A stretch of DNA of 59,531 nucleotides. Source: a virus (lineage: Duplodnaviria; Caudoviricetes). Below are positions 25,555 through 36,343 of the stretch, piece after piece (position 1 is the first letter of the stretch; each line of letters starts with the position of its first letter). A program made the translations under genes and the position numbers. A model generated the notes under the pieces. The model was given only the letters and a program-made list of their open reading frames with translations. It was not told the DNA's origin and did not search any database. The stretch is from the IMG/VR virus record IMGVR_UViG_3300021959_000043, positions 1 through 59,531 of that record. One strand, written 5' to 3'.

Positions 25555-27767
25555 TGTATATTCAAAGTTTATATAAAGTATTAAAAAACCACATTAAACC
25601 AAAAGTTCTTAATAGAATGAATAGGTACAATAAATGGGAGTATGGATATAATGAAGAGCACGATATAATTGTAATAAGCAAAGATGGAACTGTAGGTGAA
25701 GTATATGAAATACAAAATTTAAAAATAGCTTTACCTAAAAAACCAGAAAAACCTCACGGGTTTGTTTCTAATAAATGGGAATACACTGAATATCCTAAAG
25801 AATTAAAAAAGATTAAATCTGTTTTTGATTGGGAAGAGTATTCTATTAATTTTAAAGAAAAATGGTATGATTACATCGATAATGAGTTTAATAAAAGAGA
25901 ACAAGGTTTTTGGTTCAATAATAAAAACGTGGCTACTTACATTACTGGTACTCACTATATGTACTTGCAGTGGAGCAAAATTGACGTTGGGCAGCCAGAC
26001 TTTAGGGAGTCAAACAGATTATTCTACATATTCTGGGAAGCTTGCAAAGCAGATGACAGGTGTTATGGAATGTGTTATCTTAAAAACCGTCGAAGCGGAT
26101 TCTCATTTATGTCCTCAGCTGAGTCAGTTAACCTTGCGACAATATCAACGGATTCACGGTTCGGCATACTGTCCAAATCTGGTCCCGATGCTAAAAAGAT
26201 GTTCACAGATAAGGTTGTACCAATTTCCGTTAACTATCCCTTCTTCTTCAAACCAATCCAGGACGGTATGGACAGACCAAAAACCGAGCTCGCGTACAGA
26301 GTACCCGCGTCAAAATTCACAAGAAGAAAACTTGAATCCAATGAAGCCATTGCAGAAATCACAGGGCTTGACACCACCATCGACTGGAAAAATACAGGTG
26401 ACAATTCCTATGATGGAGAAAAACTTAAACTTCTAGTACACGATGAATCAGGTAAATGGGAAAAGCCAAATAATATACTCAACAACTGGAGAGTTACAAA
26501 AACAACATTAAGATTAGGTGGTACAATAATAGGTAAGTGTATGATGGGTTCTACCTCTAACGCTTTAGATAAGGGTGGTAGTAATTTTAAAAAATTATAT
26601 TATGATTCAAATGTTGAGGAAAGAAACGCCAATGGAGAGACTCGCTCAGGATTATATTCTCTGTTCATACCTATGGAATGGAACTACGAAGGATACATTG
26701 ATTCTTATGGCTTACCTGTCTTCGAAGATCCAAAAAAAGATAGATTTAGTCCGCAAGGAAAAAGAATAAGAATAGGTGTAATAGAATATTGGCAAAACGA
26801 AGTAGATGGATTAAAAAAAGACCAAGATGGTTTAAATGAATTCTACAGACAATTCCCAAGAACAGAGCAACACGCTTTTAGAGATGAAGCAAAACAATCT
26901 TTGTTTAATTTGACAAAGATATATGAGCAAATAGATTATAATCAAGATGTAAGAAACGAATCATTAGTTACAAAAGGTTCTTTTCAATGGCAAAACGGAA
27001 TACAAGACAGTAGTGTTTTATTTGTACCTAACAAAAACGGTAGGTTTTTAGTAACATGGGTTCCACCTATAGAGCTACAAAATAGAGTTATTTTAAAAAA
27101 TGGTTTAAAATACCCTGGTAATGAACATTGTGGAGCTTTTGGATGTGATCCATATGATATATCTGGTACAGTTGACTCAAGAGGTTCTAACGGTTCACTG
27201 CACGGTTTAACTAAATTTTCAATGGAAAAAGTACCTAATAGTTTATTTTTCTTAGAATACATAGCTAGACCACAAACTGCTGAAATATTTTTTGAAGATG
27301 TGCTTATGGCTTGTGTTTTTTATGGTATGCCAATATTAGCTGAAAACAATAAACCTAGATTATTATATCATTTCAAAAGAAGAGGTTACAGAGGTTATAG
27401 TATGAATAGACCAGATAAGGTTTATATGAAGCTATCTATAACAGAAAGAGAAATAGGTGGTATACCTAACTCTAGTCAAGATATAAAGCAAGCTCATGCT
27501 GCTGCTATAGAGTCTTATATAGAAAACTATGTAGGTAATTTAGATGGTAGATATGGAGATATTTATTTTCAAAGAACATTAGAAGACTGGTCAAGGTTTG
27601 ATATAAATAATAGAACAAAGCACGATGCTTCTATTAGTTCTGGTTTAGCTTTAATGGCGTGCAATAAAAATTTATATACTCCAGTTTTTAAAAGACAATT
27701 AGAGCAAAAACCTTTAGGTTTTAAAAAGTATGATAACAAAGGATTTAGTTCAAAAATAATAAGATAA
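25554..27767 (+). CDS. terL: terminase large subunit
   Basis: Walker A-like LKNRRSGFS, Walker B LLVHDESGKW, coupling motif GSTS, nuclease FGCDPYD and HDASISSGLA. Confidence 0.92.
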   Translation: MYIQSLYKVLKNHIKPKVLNRMNRYNKWEYGYNEEHDIIVISKDGTVGEVYEIQNLKIALPKKPEKPHGFVSNKWEYTEYPKELKKIKSVFDWEEYSINFKEKWYDYIDNEFNKREQGFWFNNKNVATYITGTHYMYLQWSKIDVGQPDFRESNRLFYIFWEACKADDRCYGMCYLKNRRSGFSFMSSAESVNLATISTDSRFGILSKSGPDAKKMFTDKVVPISVNYPFFFKPIQDGMDRPKTELAYRVPASKFTRRKLESNEAIAEITGLDTTIDWKNTGDNSYDGEKLKLLVHDESGKWEKPNNILNNWRVTKTTLRLGGTIIGKCMMGSTSNALDKGGSNFKKLYYDSNVEERNANGETRSGLYSLFIPMEWNYEGYIDSYGLPVFEDPKKDRFSPQGKRIRIGVIEYWQNEVDGLKKDQDGLNEFYRQFPRTEQHAFRDEAKQSLFNLTKIYEQIDYNQDVRNESLVTKGSFQWQNGIQDSSVLFVPNKNGRFLVTWVPPIELQNRVILKNGLKYPGNEHCGAFGCDPYDISGTVDSRGSNGSLHGLTKFSMEKVPNSLFFLEYIARPQTAEIFFEDVLMACVFYGMPILAENNKPRLLYHFKRRGYRGYSMNRPDKVYMKLSITEREIGGIPNSSQDIKQAHAAAIESYIENYVGNLDGRYGDIYFQRTLEDWSRFDINNRTKHDASISSGLALMACNKNLYTPVFKRQLEQKPLGFKKYDNKGFSSKIIR

Positions 27768-30182
27768 ATGATTTATAGCAATTACGTAGGTTCGTTTCCT
27801 AGTCAGGTAGTATCTGATGAAGAAAAGCAAGGTTATGATTATGGTTACGCCGTAGGACGAGCTATTGAAGGAGAGTGGTTTTCTGGAGATAGAGGTGGAC
27901 TAGGTAATAGGTATCAAAACAGTTGGTTAAATTTTCATAGACTAAGATTATATGCTAGAGGTGAACAACCTGTTCAAAAATATAAAGATGAATTGTCTAT
28001 AAATGGTGATTTGTCTTATTTAAATTTAGACTGGAAGCCAGTGCCTATAATACCTAAATTTGTTGATATTATAGTTAATGGTATGTCTCAAAAAATATTT
28101 GACATAAAAGCTTTTGCTCAAGATCCAGAGTCGTTAAAGAAAAGAACAAAATATGCAGACTCTATAATGAGAGATATGTACGCTAAAGAAATAATACAAG
28201 CTACTAACCAAGCAACAGGCATGGATTTCTTTAACAGCAACGACCCTAATAACATACCTGAAACTCAACAAGAACTAGATCTTCACATGCAGTTAAGTTA
28301 CAAGCAGTCAATTGAAATAGCAGAAGAAGAAGCTATTGAGAATGTTTTAGCTTTTAATAAATATGATTTAATAAAGAAAAGATTAATTCAAGATTTAACA
28401 ATAATAGGTATAAGTGCTGTTAAAACAGATTTTAATTTAGCTAATGGCGTTACAATAAATTATGTTGACCCAGCTAATTTAGTTTATTCTTATACAGAAG
28501 ACCCTAATTTTGATGACATATATTATGCAGGTGAAGTTAAGTCTATAAGTTTAGTTGAATTAAAAAAGCAATTTCCTAGCTTATCAGACGAAGAGTTGAA
28601 AAAAATAGAAAAATTTCCTGGTGATGCTAATTACACTAGAAACTTTTATGCTCAACAAGATTCTCAAAATCAAGTTCAAGTATTGTATTTTGAATATAAA
28701 ACATATTCAAATCAAATATTTAAAATAAAACAAACAGAGCAAGGATTAGAAAAAGCTTTAGAAAAACCAGACACGTTTAATCCTCAACCAAATGATAATT
28801 TTGAAAGAGTAGGTAGAGCTATAGAAGTTTTATATACTGGTGCTAAAATACTAGGCCACGAAATGATGTTAGAGTGGAAAATGTCAGAAAATATGACTAG
28901 ACCTAATTCTAATTTAACTAAAGTTAATATGAATTATTCTATATGTGCACCACGCATGTATAAAGGTATGATAGAATCAACAGTTAGCAGAGTAACTGGT
29001 TTTGCTGATATGATTCAATTAACTCATTTAAAGTTACAACAAGTGTTGTCTAGAATGGTACCAGATGGTGTTTTTGTAGACGTAGATGGATTAGCTGAAG
29101 TTGATTTAGGTAATGGAACAAACTATAATGCTCAAGAAGCACTTAACATGTATTTCCAAACAGGTTCTATAGTTGGTAGGTCAATGACGCAAGATGGTGA
29201 TTTAAATAGAGGTAAAGTGCCTATTCAAGAACTACAAACAGGTAGTGGAGGTGCTAAAATACAAAGCTTAATACAAACGTATCAATACTATTTACAAATG
29301 ATACGTGATGTAACAGGGCTTAATGAAGCAACAGACGCTAGTACTCCTGATGCTCACGCTTTAGTTGGTTTACAGAAAATGGCAGCAGCAAATTCTAATA
29401 CAGCACTTAGACACGTAATGCAAGGTGGTTTATACTTAACACTAAGAACGTGTGAGAATATATCACTAAGAATAGCTGATGCTTTAGGTTATCCTTTAAC
29501 TAGAGCCGCGTTGATAGACTCTATATCATCTTATAATACAGGTACTTTAGAAGAGTTGCAAGAAAAAAATCTTCAAGATTTTGGTATATTTTTAGAACTA
29601 GAACCAGACGAAGAAATAAAAGCTCAACTAGAACAAAATATACAAATAGCTCTTCAAAGCGGAGGTATAGACTTAGATGATGCAATAGATATCAGGCAAG
29701 TTAAAAACATGAAACTTGCTAATGCTTTGTTAAAGCAAAAAAGAAAACAAAAAGCAAAACAAGACCAAGCTAACCAACAAGCTAATATTCAAGCACAGGC
29801 ACAAGCTAATTCTCAAGCTTCACAAGAAGCAATTGAAGCAGAAATGCACAAGCAGCAGGCTCTTGCTGAGACTACAATTCAAATAGAAACATCTAAAATG
29901 CAGCTTGAAATAAAAAAGATGCTACAAGAAGCCGAGATAAAAAAAGGTTTAATGGCGGAAGAGTTTCAATACAATATACAATTAGCTGAAATAAAATCTA
30001 AAGCTGAGACTCAAAAAGAGTCTGAAATAGAAAATAGAAAAGATAATAGAGTACAAATGCAAGGTACTCAAGAGTCTAAATTAATAAACCAAAGACAAAA
30101 CAACACATTACCACAAGAGTTTGAATCCGCTGGATTTGATAACTTAGGTGGTTTTGGATTAGAGCAATTTGATCCTAGATAA
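27768..30182 (+). CDS. portal protein
   Basis: Follows TerL; LDWKPVPIIPKFVDIIVNG, VDPANLVYSY, IRDVTGLNEA; Q/E-rich C-terminal coiled coil. Confidence 0.85.
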   Translation: MIYSNYVGSFPSQVVSDEEKQGYDYGYAVGRAIEGEWFSGDRGGLGNRYQNSWLNFHRLRLYARGEQPVQKYKDELSINGDLSYLNLDWKPVPIIPKFVDIIVNGMSQKIFDIKAFAQDPESLKKRTKYADSIMRDMYAKEIIQATNQATGMDFFNSNDPNNIPETQQELDLHMQLSYKQSIEIAEEEAIENVLAFNKYDLIKKRLIQDLTIIGISAVKTDFNLANGVTINYVDPANLVYSYTEDPNFDDIYYAGEVKSISLVELKKQFPSLSDEELKKIEKFPGDANYTRNFYAQQDSQNQVQVLYFEYKTYSNQIFKIKQTEQGLEKALEKPDTFNPQPNDNFERVGRAIEVLYTGAKILGHEMMLEWKMSENMTRPNSNLTKVNMNYSICAPRMYKGMIESTVSRVTGFADMIQLTHLKLQQVLSRMVPDGVFVDVDGLAEVDLGNGTNYNAQEALNMYFQTGSIVGRSMTQDGDLNRGKVPIQELQTGSGGAKIQSLIQTYQYYLQMIRDVTGLNEATDASTPDAHALVGLQKMAAANSNTALRHVMQGGLYLTLRTCENISLRIADALGYPLTRAALIDSISSYNTGTLEELQEKNLQDFGIFLELEPDEEIKAQLEQNIQIALQSGGIDLDDAIDIRQVKNMKLANALLKQKRKQKAKQDQANQQANIQAQAQANSQASQEAIEAEMHKQQALAETTIQIETSKMQLEIKKMLQEAEIKKGLMAEEFQYNIQLAEIKSKAETQKESEIENRKDNRVQMQGTQESKLINQRQNNTLPQEFESAGFDNLGGFGLEQFDPR

Positions 30183-30213
30183 ACAATTATCAATTTTTTA
30201 ATTATATTATATT

Positions 30214-31425
30214 ATGTCAGAAAAAACAAATGAACCTGTTAAGCAGGAAGGTGACTTTAAAATGAAGTCAAAGAAAAAAGCTCCGAAAAAGCTAGTAACC
30301 CCAGTAGAAACTATAAAAATGGATCTTGCTGCGGTTAATAAAGAAGAACCTATAAAGGTTGACTTAACAAAAAAAGAAAAAACAGATGCCGTTCAAAAGC
30401 AAGAAACAGAGAGCAGCGTGCTACGCGAAAAACGATCCGAGGTGGAATTGCAAGCAGTGGGACAAGGAGACGAAAAACCCGTTGAGAATGTTATTAAAGA
30501 AATACAAGAAGTAAAAGCTACTGATAAAAAAGTAGAAGAAGTAAAAAAAGAAATAAAAGAAGCTGTAAGAGATGAAAAAGTTTTAGGTAAAAAACTACCT
30601 GAAAACATTGAAAAGTTAGTTTCTTTTATGGAAGAAATACCTGGTTCAACAATAGAAGATTACGTTAGGTTAAACGCTGATTATTCTAATGTTGACAGTG
30701 ACACTTTACTTAGAGAGTATTATAAAAACACGCGTCCTCATTTAGAATATGATGAAGTTAATTTCTTGTTAGAAGATAACTTTAAATACAATGAAGATGA
30801 AGACGAAGAAAGAGATGTTAGAAAGAAAAAACTAGCATATAAAGAAGAAATTGGAAAAGCCAAAAGCTATTTAGAAGGTCTTAAGGATAAATATTATGAT
30901 GAAATCAAGTTGAAATCATCTTTAAGTCCAGACCAACAAAAAGCAACTGACTTTTTTAATAGATATAATGAAGATCAAAGAATGATATCTAAACAACGCG
31001 AAGAATTTGAGCGTGTAACTAAAAATACTTTTAACGATGAATTTGAAGGTTTCGATTTTGACTTAGGAGAGAAAAAATTTAGATACGGCGTAAAAAACAG
31101 AACCGATGTTATTGAAAATCAGTTAGACATTAGTAATTTCGTTAAGACGTTCTTAAACGAAAAAAATGAACTCACTGACCCAAAGGGATATCATAAAGCC
31201 ATGTATGCTGCACGAAACTCAGATACTATAGCTAGACATTTTTATGAACAAGGTAAAGCTGACGCGGTTAAAGACGTGGTGGCTAAGTCTAAAAATATTA
31301 CTACTGAAACAAGAAAAGAAAGTGGTAATAATAGTGGAAATGTTTTTGTTAATGGATTAAAAGTTAGAGCAATAAGTGGCGCTGATTCTTCTAAATTAAA
31401 AATAAAAAGTAAAAAATTTAACTAA
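30214..31425 (+). CDS. putative capsid scaffolding protein
   Basis: E/K-rich helical protein between portal and MCP. Confidence 0.65.
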   Translation: MSEKTNEPVKQEGDFKMKSKKKAPKKLVTPVETIKMDLAAVNKEEPIKVDLTKKEKTDAVQKQETESSVLREKRSEVELQAVGQGDEKPVENVIKEIQEVKATDKKVEEVKKEIKEAVRDEKVLGKKLPENIEKLVSFMEEIPGSTIEDYVRLNADYSNVDSDTLLREYYKNTRPHLEYDEVNFLLEDNFKYNEDEDEERDVRKKKLAYKEEIGKAKSYLEGLKDKYYDEIKLKSSLSPDQQKATDFFNRYNEDQRMISKQREEFERVTKNTFNDEFEGFDFDLGEKKFRYGVKNRTDVIENQLDISNFVKTFLNEKNELTDPKGYHKAMYAARNSDTIARHFYEQGKADAVKDVVAKSKNITTETRKESGNNSGNVFVNGLKVRAISGADSSKLKIKSKKFN

Positions 31426-31439
31426 AAAAACTTAAAATT

Positions 31440-32882
31440 ATGAGTTTAAACAAACAATTTGGGAGTATAATCCCATCTCAATCACAAGAAATATTAAACA
31501 GTAACTACTTACAGTGGACTGATAAGACTGGTGCTGATTTCGTTGATTTTGCACAGCAATATCTACCTGAAGTATATGAACAAGAAGTAGAGCGTTATGG
31601 AAACAGAACGTTATCTGGATTCTTAAGAATGGTTGGTGCTGAAATGCCAATGACTTCTGATCAAGTAATCTGGTCTGAACAAAACAGATTACACATTGCG
31701 TATGACGGACTTACACCTGCTTATGGAACTAGTAACGTTATTGCATTTACTGGAACACCAGCTGATGTACTAAATGTTATTTCTGTTGGAGCAACTGTTG
31801 TGGTAATGGACGATTTTGGAGCTGAAGTAAAATGTTATGTTAGCGCATCAGTTCCTGGTGGAGCTGGAACAGGGCAAATAACTGCTTTACCTTATACGGC
31901 TAACACTATTGCTCTTGCTGGATTATCAGGTACTGTTAAAGTATTTGTATATGGTTCTGAATACCAAAAAGGTTCTTCTACACCTAATTACTCAGCTACT
32001 CAAACAGATGGATATATTAGTGTTGATCCTCAGTTTAGTCAATTTAGTAACTCACCTATCATAATCAGAAATAAATACGTTGTAAACGGATCTGATATGG
32101 CACAAATAGGTTGGGTTGAAGTTGCAACTGAAGATGGAACTTCTGGGTATTTATGGTATTTAAAAGCTGAATCTGAAACAAGATTACGTTTTGAAGATTA
32201 CTTAGAAATGGCGTTAGTAGAAGGTGAAATCGCTACTGGAACTGCTGCTGTTGCTGCTAAAGTAAATGGTACAGAAGGTATGTTTGCTGCTATCTCAAAT
32301 AGAGGTAATGTAAACACAGGATTTACTGCTGCTGCAGGAATTGATTCTTTTGATGCTATTTTGAAAAACTTAGATACTCAAGGAGCTATTGAAGAAAACA
32401 TGCTATTTTTACAAAGACAAACTGCTTTGGATTTTGACGATATGTTAGCTTCTATTTCTGGCGGATATGCTGGAGGTACTGCTTTTGGATTATTTGAAAA
32501 TTCTGAAGAAATGGCTTTAAACTTAGGCTTTAGCGGATTCCGTAGAGGATCTTACGACTTCTATAAAACAGATTGGAAATACTTAAATGATGCTTCTACA
32601 AGAGGTGCTATGGTAGGACCTTCTTCTATTGAAGGTGTATTAATTCCTGCTGGAACTTCTACAGTTTACGATCAAATTCTAGGAACAAACATTAGAAGAC
32701 CATTCTTACACGTACGTTATAGAGCATCTCAAGGAGATGACAGACGTATGAAGTCTTGGTTAACTGGTTCTGCTGGTGGTGCATTTACATCTGATCTTGA
32801 TGCTATGGAAGTAAACTTCCTATCTGAAAGATGTTTAGTTGTACAAGCTGCTAACAATTTCGTATTGTTCAAAGGATTATAA
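31440..32882 (+). CDS. major capsid protein
   Basis: Position, size (480 aa), biased codon usage, downstream terminator. Confidence 0.85.
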   Translation: MSLNKQFGSIIPSQSQEILNSNYLQWTDKTGADFVDFAQQYLPEVYEQEVERYGNRTLSGFLRMVGAEMPMTSDQVIWSEQNRLHIAYDGLTPAYGTSNVIAFTGTPADVLNVISVGATVVVMDDFGAEVKCYVSASVPGGAGTGQITALPYTANTIALAGLSGTVKVFVYGSEYQKGSSTPNYSATQTDGYISVDPQFSQFSNSPIIIRNKYVVNGSDMAQIGWVEVATEDGTSGYLWYLKAESETRLRFEDYLEMALVEGEIATGTAAVAAKVNGTEGMFAAISNRGNVNTGFTAAAGIDSFDAILKNLDTQGAIEENMLFLQRQTALDFDDMLASISGGYAGGTAFGLFENSEEMALNLGFSGFRRGSYDFYKTDWKYLNDASTRGAMVGPSSIEGVLIPAGTSTVYDQILGTNIRRPFLHVRYRASQGDDRRMKSWLTGSAGGAFTSDLDAMEVNFLSERCLVVQAANNFVLFKGL

Positions 32883-32897
32883 GAATCCAAAATTAAT

Positions 32898-32943
32898 GTA
32901 ATTTTTACCCTCGTTTTATCAACGGGGGTAATTATTACTTTTA
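32898..32943 (+). terminator. Rho-independent terminator after MCP
   Basis: TTACCCTCGTT-TTATC-AACGGGGGTAA followed by a T-rich tail. Confidence 0.75.
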
Positions 32944-32967
32944 TCAATTATTTAATTATATTATATT

Positions 32968-33723
32968 ATGAAAAAAGAAAACACACAGAAGTGGGACATA
33001 AAAGATAGAAGATATATTCTTTCAAACAATATGGAACCACTTACATATACTATACCGTCTAAACACACGAAAAAACACGCTTTATTGTTTTTTGATGAAA
33101 CAACCGGTAAACAAAAAGAAATTAGATATGCAACTAATCAAGATTCTCCATTTGTAGAAGAACAAAAAGGAGAAGCAACATTAGGTCATATTATATTTAA
33201 AGATGGTGTTCTTATGGTGCCAAAAGAAAAACAAAATCTACAAAGGTTGCTTTCGCTATATCACCCATCAAGAAATAAAAGTTTTTATGAATACGATCCA
33301 GTTGAAGTTGCTGTAGATGAATTAGATTTATTAAACCTACAAGTAGACGCTCTTAACGCTGCCAGACAAGTAGATATAGATACAGCTGAAGCTATAATGA
33401 GAGTCGAGATAGGATCTAAGGTATCTACGATGAGTTCTAAAGAACTTAAAAGAGATTTACTTATATTTGCTAGATCAAACCCGCAGTTATTCATAGAACT
33501 TGTAAGTGATGATAATGTTCAGCTAAGAAATGTAGCTATAAAAGCTGTTGAAGCTAAAATAATATCATTATCTCAAGATCAAAGATTTTTCACTTGGACA
33601 TCAAATGGCAAGAAACTAATGACGGTTCCTTTTGATGAAAACCCTTACTCAGCTATGGCTGCTTTCTTTAAAACGGATGAAGGTGTTGAAATATTTAAAT
33701 CTATCGAGAAAAAGTTTAAATAA
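32968..33723 (+). CDS. hypothetical protein downstream of MCP (251 aa)
   Basis: ORF track. Confidence 0.8.
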   Translation: MKKENTQKWDIKDRRYILSNNMEPLTYTIPSKHTKKHALLFFDETTGKQKEIRYATNQDSPFVEEQKGEATLGHIIFKDGVLMVPKEKQNLQRLLSLYHPSRNKSFYEYDPVEVAVDELDLLNLQVDALNAARQVDIDTAEAIMRVEIGSKVSTMSSKELKRDLLIFARSNPQLFIELVSDDNVQLRNVAIKAVEAKIISLSQDQRFFTWTSNGKKLMTVPFDENPYSAMAAFFKTDEGVEIFKSIEKKFK

Positions 33724-33726
33724 CAT

Positions 33727-33760
33727 GTAATACTAATATAGGGCTCGTTCACTCGGGCCC
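33727..33760 (+). promoter_or_regulatory. weak late-promoter motif followed by a GC-rich hairpin
   Basis: GTAATACTAATATA then GGGCTCG-TTCACT-CGGGCCC. Confidence 0.4.
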
Positions 33761-33783
33761 AATATTATAATAAAAATACTAAA

Positions 33784-34728
33784 ATGGCGATAAACGTAGA
33801 TCAAGTTTATAAAACAATCTTGTTAATCATAAACAAAGAGCAAAGAGGTTATTTAACTCCTTCAGAGTTTAACAAGCTAGCAACTCAAGTTCAACTAGAA
33901 ATAGTTGATACTTATTTTGAGACTATTAACCAGCAAATGCGTGTGCCACAAAATGACAGTGAATACGGTGATAGATATAAAAACGTACAAGAAAAATTAG
34001 ATGTTTTTAAAACTATAGGCTCCTGCGCCTACACAGCACCTACTAATACGGTTCCAGGTTATTTTACAACCCCATCTTCTTCAGGTGTAGCATCAGGAAC
34101 TCAAACTATAGCCACCTTAACAGGTGAAGTATCATACCCTCTCACAACAATAACTCAAGCTCAAGTAGAAACTAGTTCTGTTTTTGTAACTTTAGAAACA
34201 CCAACAGGTAGTGCTGGTGCTGCTTACGCTGACTTTACTATAACAGGCGGCGCACTTCAATTAACTTCAGGTGCTATAGCTACTGGTAATACGTTAAGAA
34301 TAGTTTTATATCCAAAAGATTTTTATAAATTAGGCACTGTTTTTTATAAAGAAGATAGAGCTGTTGAAATGGTTAGAAGAAACGAACTAGCATTAATGAA
34401 ACTATCTCCAATAACAAAGCCTTCAGAACACTTTCCTGTCTTTGTGTATGAAAACTCAAGAATAATAATACACCCTCAAACTATAAACTCATCTATTGAA
34501 GCCACATATATAAGAAAACCATCTGACGTAGTTTGGAATTTTTCTTCTACAGCTGGCTATTATGTTTGGGATCCAGCTAATTCTGTTGATTTTGAATTAG
34601 ATATAACAGAACAAACAAATGTTATATTACAAATATTACAATATGCAGGTATTATTATAAAAGATCCTATGATAATTCAAGCAGCTACAGCAGAAATACA
34701 GCAGGAAAAACAAAACGAAAGAAACTAA
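33784..34728 (+). CDS. tail tubular / ring (head-tail adaptor) protein
   Basis: INKEQRGYLTPSEFN...YIRKP...W pattern; position after MCP. Confidence 0.65.
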   Translation: MAINVDQVYKTILLIINKEQRGYLTPSEFNKLATQVQLEIVDTYFETINQQMRVPQNDSEYGDRYKNVQEKLDVFKTIGSCAYTAPTNTVPGYFTTPSSSGVASGTQTIATLTGEVSYPLTTITQAQVETSSVFVTLETPTGSAGAAYADFTITGGALQLTSGAIATGNTLRIVLYPKDFYKLGTVFYKEDRAVEMVRRNELALMKLSPITKPSEHFPVFVYENSRIIIHPQTINSSIEATYIRKPSDVVWNFSSTAGYYVWDPANSVDFELDITEQTNVILQILQYAGIIIKDPMIIQAATAEIQQEKQNERN

Positions 34729-34734
34729 TATAAC

Positions 34735-36003
34735 ATGGCAATACAACCAACAAACGATGGACTTATAACTGAAAATGCTCAGCAATATTACTCTGGCGCT
34801 CAAGGATTTAGAGCTTTATCTAATAACGCTAATAATCAAGAATTTGTAACGACTTTTAATACAGAGTTATATTTAGGTAGTTGGAATCAAAGCAATGTTG
34901 ATTATGGTTTAAACAACTTTAAAGTATATACTAGTGAAACAGGTCTACCTAATTCTTATACAGAATGGTTAACTGAAATGTCAGTTGGTTCTGACAATAG
35001 AACCTTAACGCTAGCTGCCGGACCAGGCGTTAACGCTTATGTTGTTGTTCAACTAACAATATTAACAGGTGGTAAATATGGTCAAACAGAATCTCAAAAA
35101 GCATATGGTGAAGCTACTGAAGATAATTACGGTAGTTATCAATACATTAAACTAAACGATATTATAAACAACTTTCAAGTTGGGTACGTTGGTCAAGATA
35201 AAATATTACCACGTGTAAAAAGAAGTGATTTAATATTTTTTGCTAAAAGGTCAATGCAAGAGTTTAGCTACGATACATTAAAAAGTATTAAGTCGGCAGA
35301 ATTAACCGTTCCACCAACTCTAACATTAGTATTACCACAAGACTATGTTAATTACGTTAGATGTTCTTGGATAGATAATTTAGGTGTTAAGCACATAATA
35401 TATCCAACAAACAATATAACTATAAGTCCTTATTATACTCAAGTTCAAGACTCTACAGGTATACCAACTCAAGACAATTTTGGTAATGATATAGAAGGAA
35501 CTTCAATAACTCAAGACAGGTGGCACAACTCGGACTCTAATTTAGTAGATGGAGTTGCTCAAACTGGTAATGATTTTTCAGAATCAGACTGGTATGGCTA
35601 TGGGTATGGTTGGGGTGTAACAGGTGGTTACGGATATGGTCAGTTATACGGCATGGATCCTCAAGCATCACAAGGTAATGGTTGGTTTAATATAAACGAA
35701 AGAGAAAACAAACTTTCTTTTTCTAGCAACTTAGTTGATAAGTTAATTGTTCTTGAATATGTATCAGACGGATTAGCTTATGATCTAGATAGTAGAGTAC
35801 CTAAGATGGCTGAAGAAGCTATGTACGCTGCTATATTATACTCATTAGTATCTGGAAGGATAAATCAACCAGAGTATGTAGTACAAAGATTAAGAAAGGA
35901 TAAAATATCTAAACTAAGAAATGCTAAGATAAGATTATCAAATATAAAACTAGATGAAATATCTCAAGTAATGAGAGGTAAATCTAAATGGATTAAACAC
36001 TAA
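34735..36003 (+). CDS. tail ring / structural protein
   Basis: LPQDYVNYVR, LEYVSDGL motifs; position. Confidence 0.65.
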   Translation: MAIQPTNDGLITENAQQYYSGAQGFRALSNNANNQEFVTTFNTELYLGSWNQSNVDYGLNNFKVYTSETGLPNSYTEWLTEMSVGSDNRTLTLAAGPGVNAYVVVQLTILTGGKYGQTESQKAYGEATEDNYGSYQYIKLNDIINNFQVGYVGQDKILPRVKRSDLIFFAKRSMQEFSYDTLKSIKSAELTVPPTLTLVLPQDYVNYVRCSWIDNLGVKHIIYPTNNITISPYYTQVQDSTGIPTQDNFGNDIEGTSITQDRWHNSDSNLVDGVAQTGNDFSESDWYGYGYGWGVTGGYGYGQLYGMDPQASQGNGWFNINERENKLSFSSNLVDKLIVLEYVSDGLAYDLDSRVPKMAEEAMYAAILYSLVSGRINQPEYVVQRLRKDKISKLRNAKIRLSNIKLDEISQVMRGKSKWIKH

Positions 36004-36007
36004 GAAA

Positions 36008-36340
36008 ATGCATCATCATAATTTCCCTAAATTATTTCCAAAAGCTCACGCTAGAAAGTCTAGAGGGGAAAATACTATTTATGTTACAGGTAATCAAGGT
36101 AATTATGAATTTCATAACACACCTCAATTCGAAAATCATAAACCATCTAGTCATTTAATGGCAGATGACAATGAAAGTAAAGCGTGGCCTTCTATATATA
36201 GAGACGAGGCTGGTAATTGGTCTAATCAAACGTTTGATCAAGCCAGTGAAAGAAAAGAGGTTTATACTTTTAAAGGTAAAAATGCTAAGAATAAAATGAT
36301 TGAATTTGCTAGAAAAGGCAGTTGGAAACCAAAAAATTAA
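36008..36340 (+). CDS. hypothetical protein inserted in the tail operon (110 aa)
   Basis: ORF track. Confidence 0.65.
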   Translation: MHHHNFPKLFPKAHARKSRGENTIYVTGNQGNYEFHNTPQFENHKPSSHLMADDNESKAWPSIYRDEAGNWSNQTFDQASERKEVYTFKGKNAKNKMIEFARKGSWKPKN

Positions 36341-36343
36341 GAA

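Noticed and set aside
25554-27767. Intein or intron in terL (also checked nrdA and nrdB)
   Set aside because: The ORFs are continuous, motifs are normally spaced, and no intein splice-junction or homing endonuclease signatures were seen.
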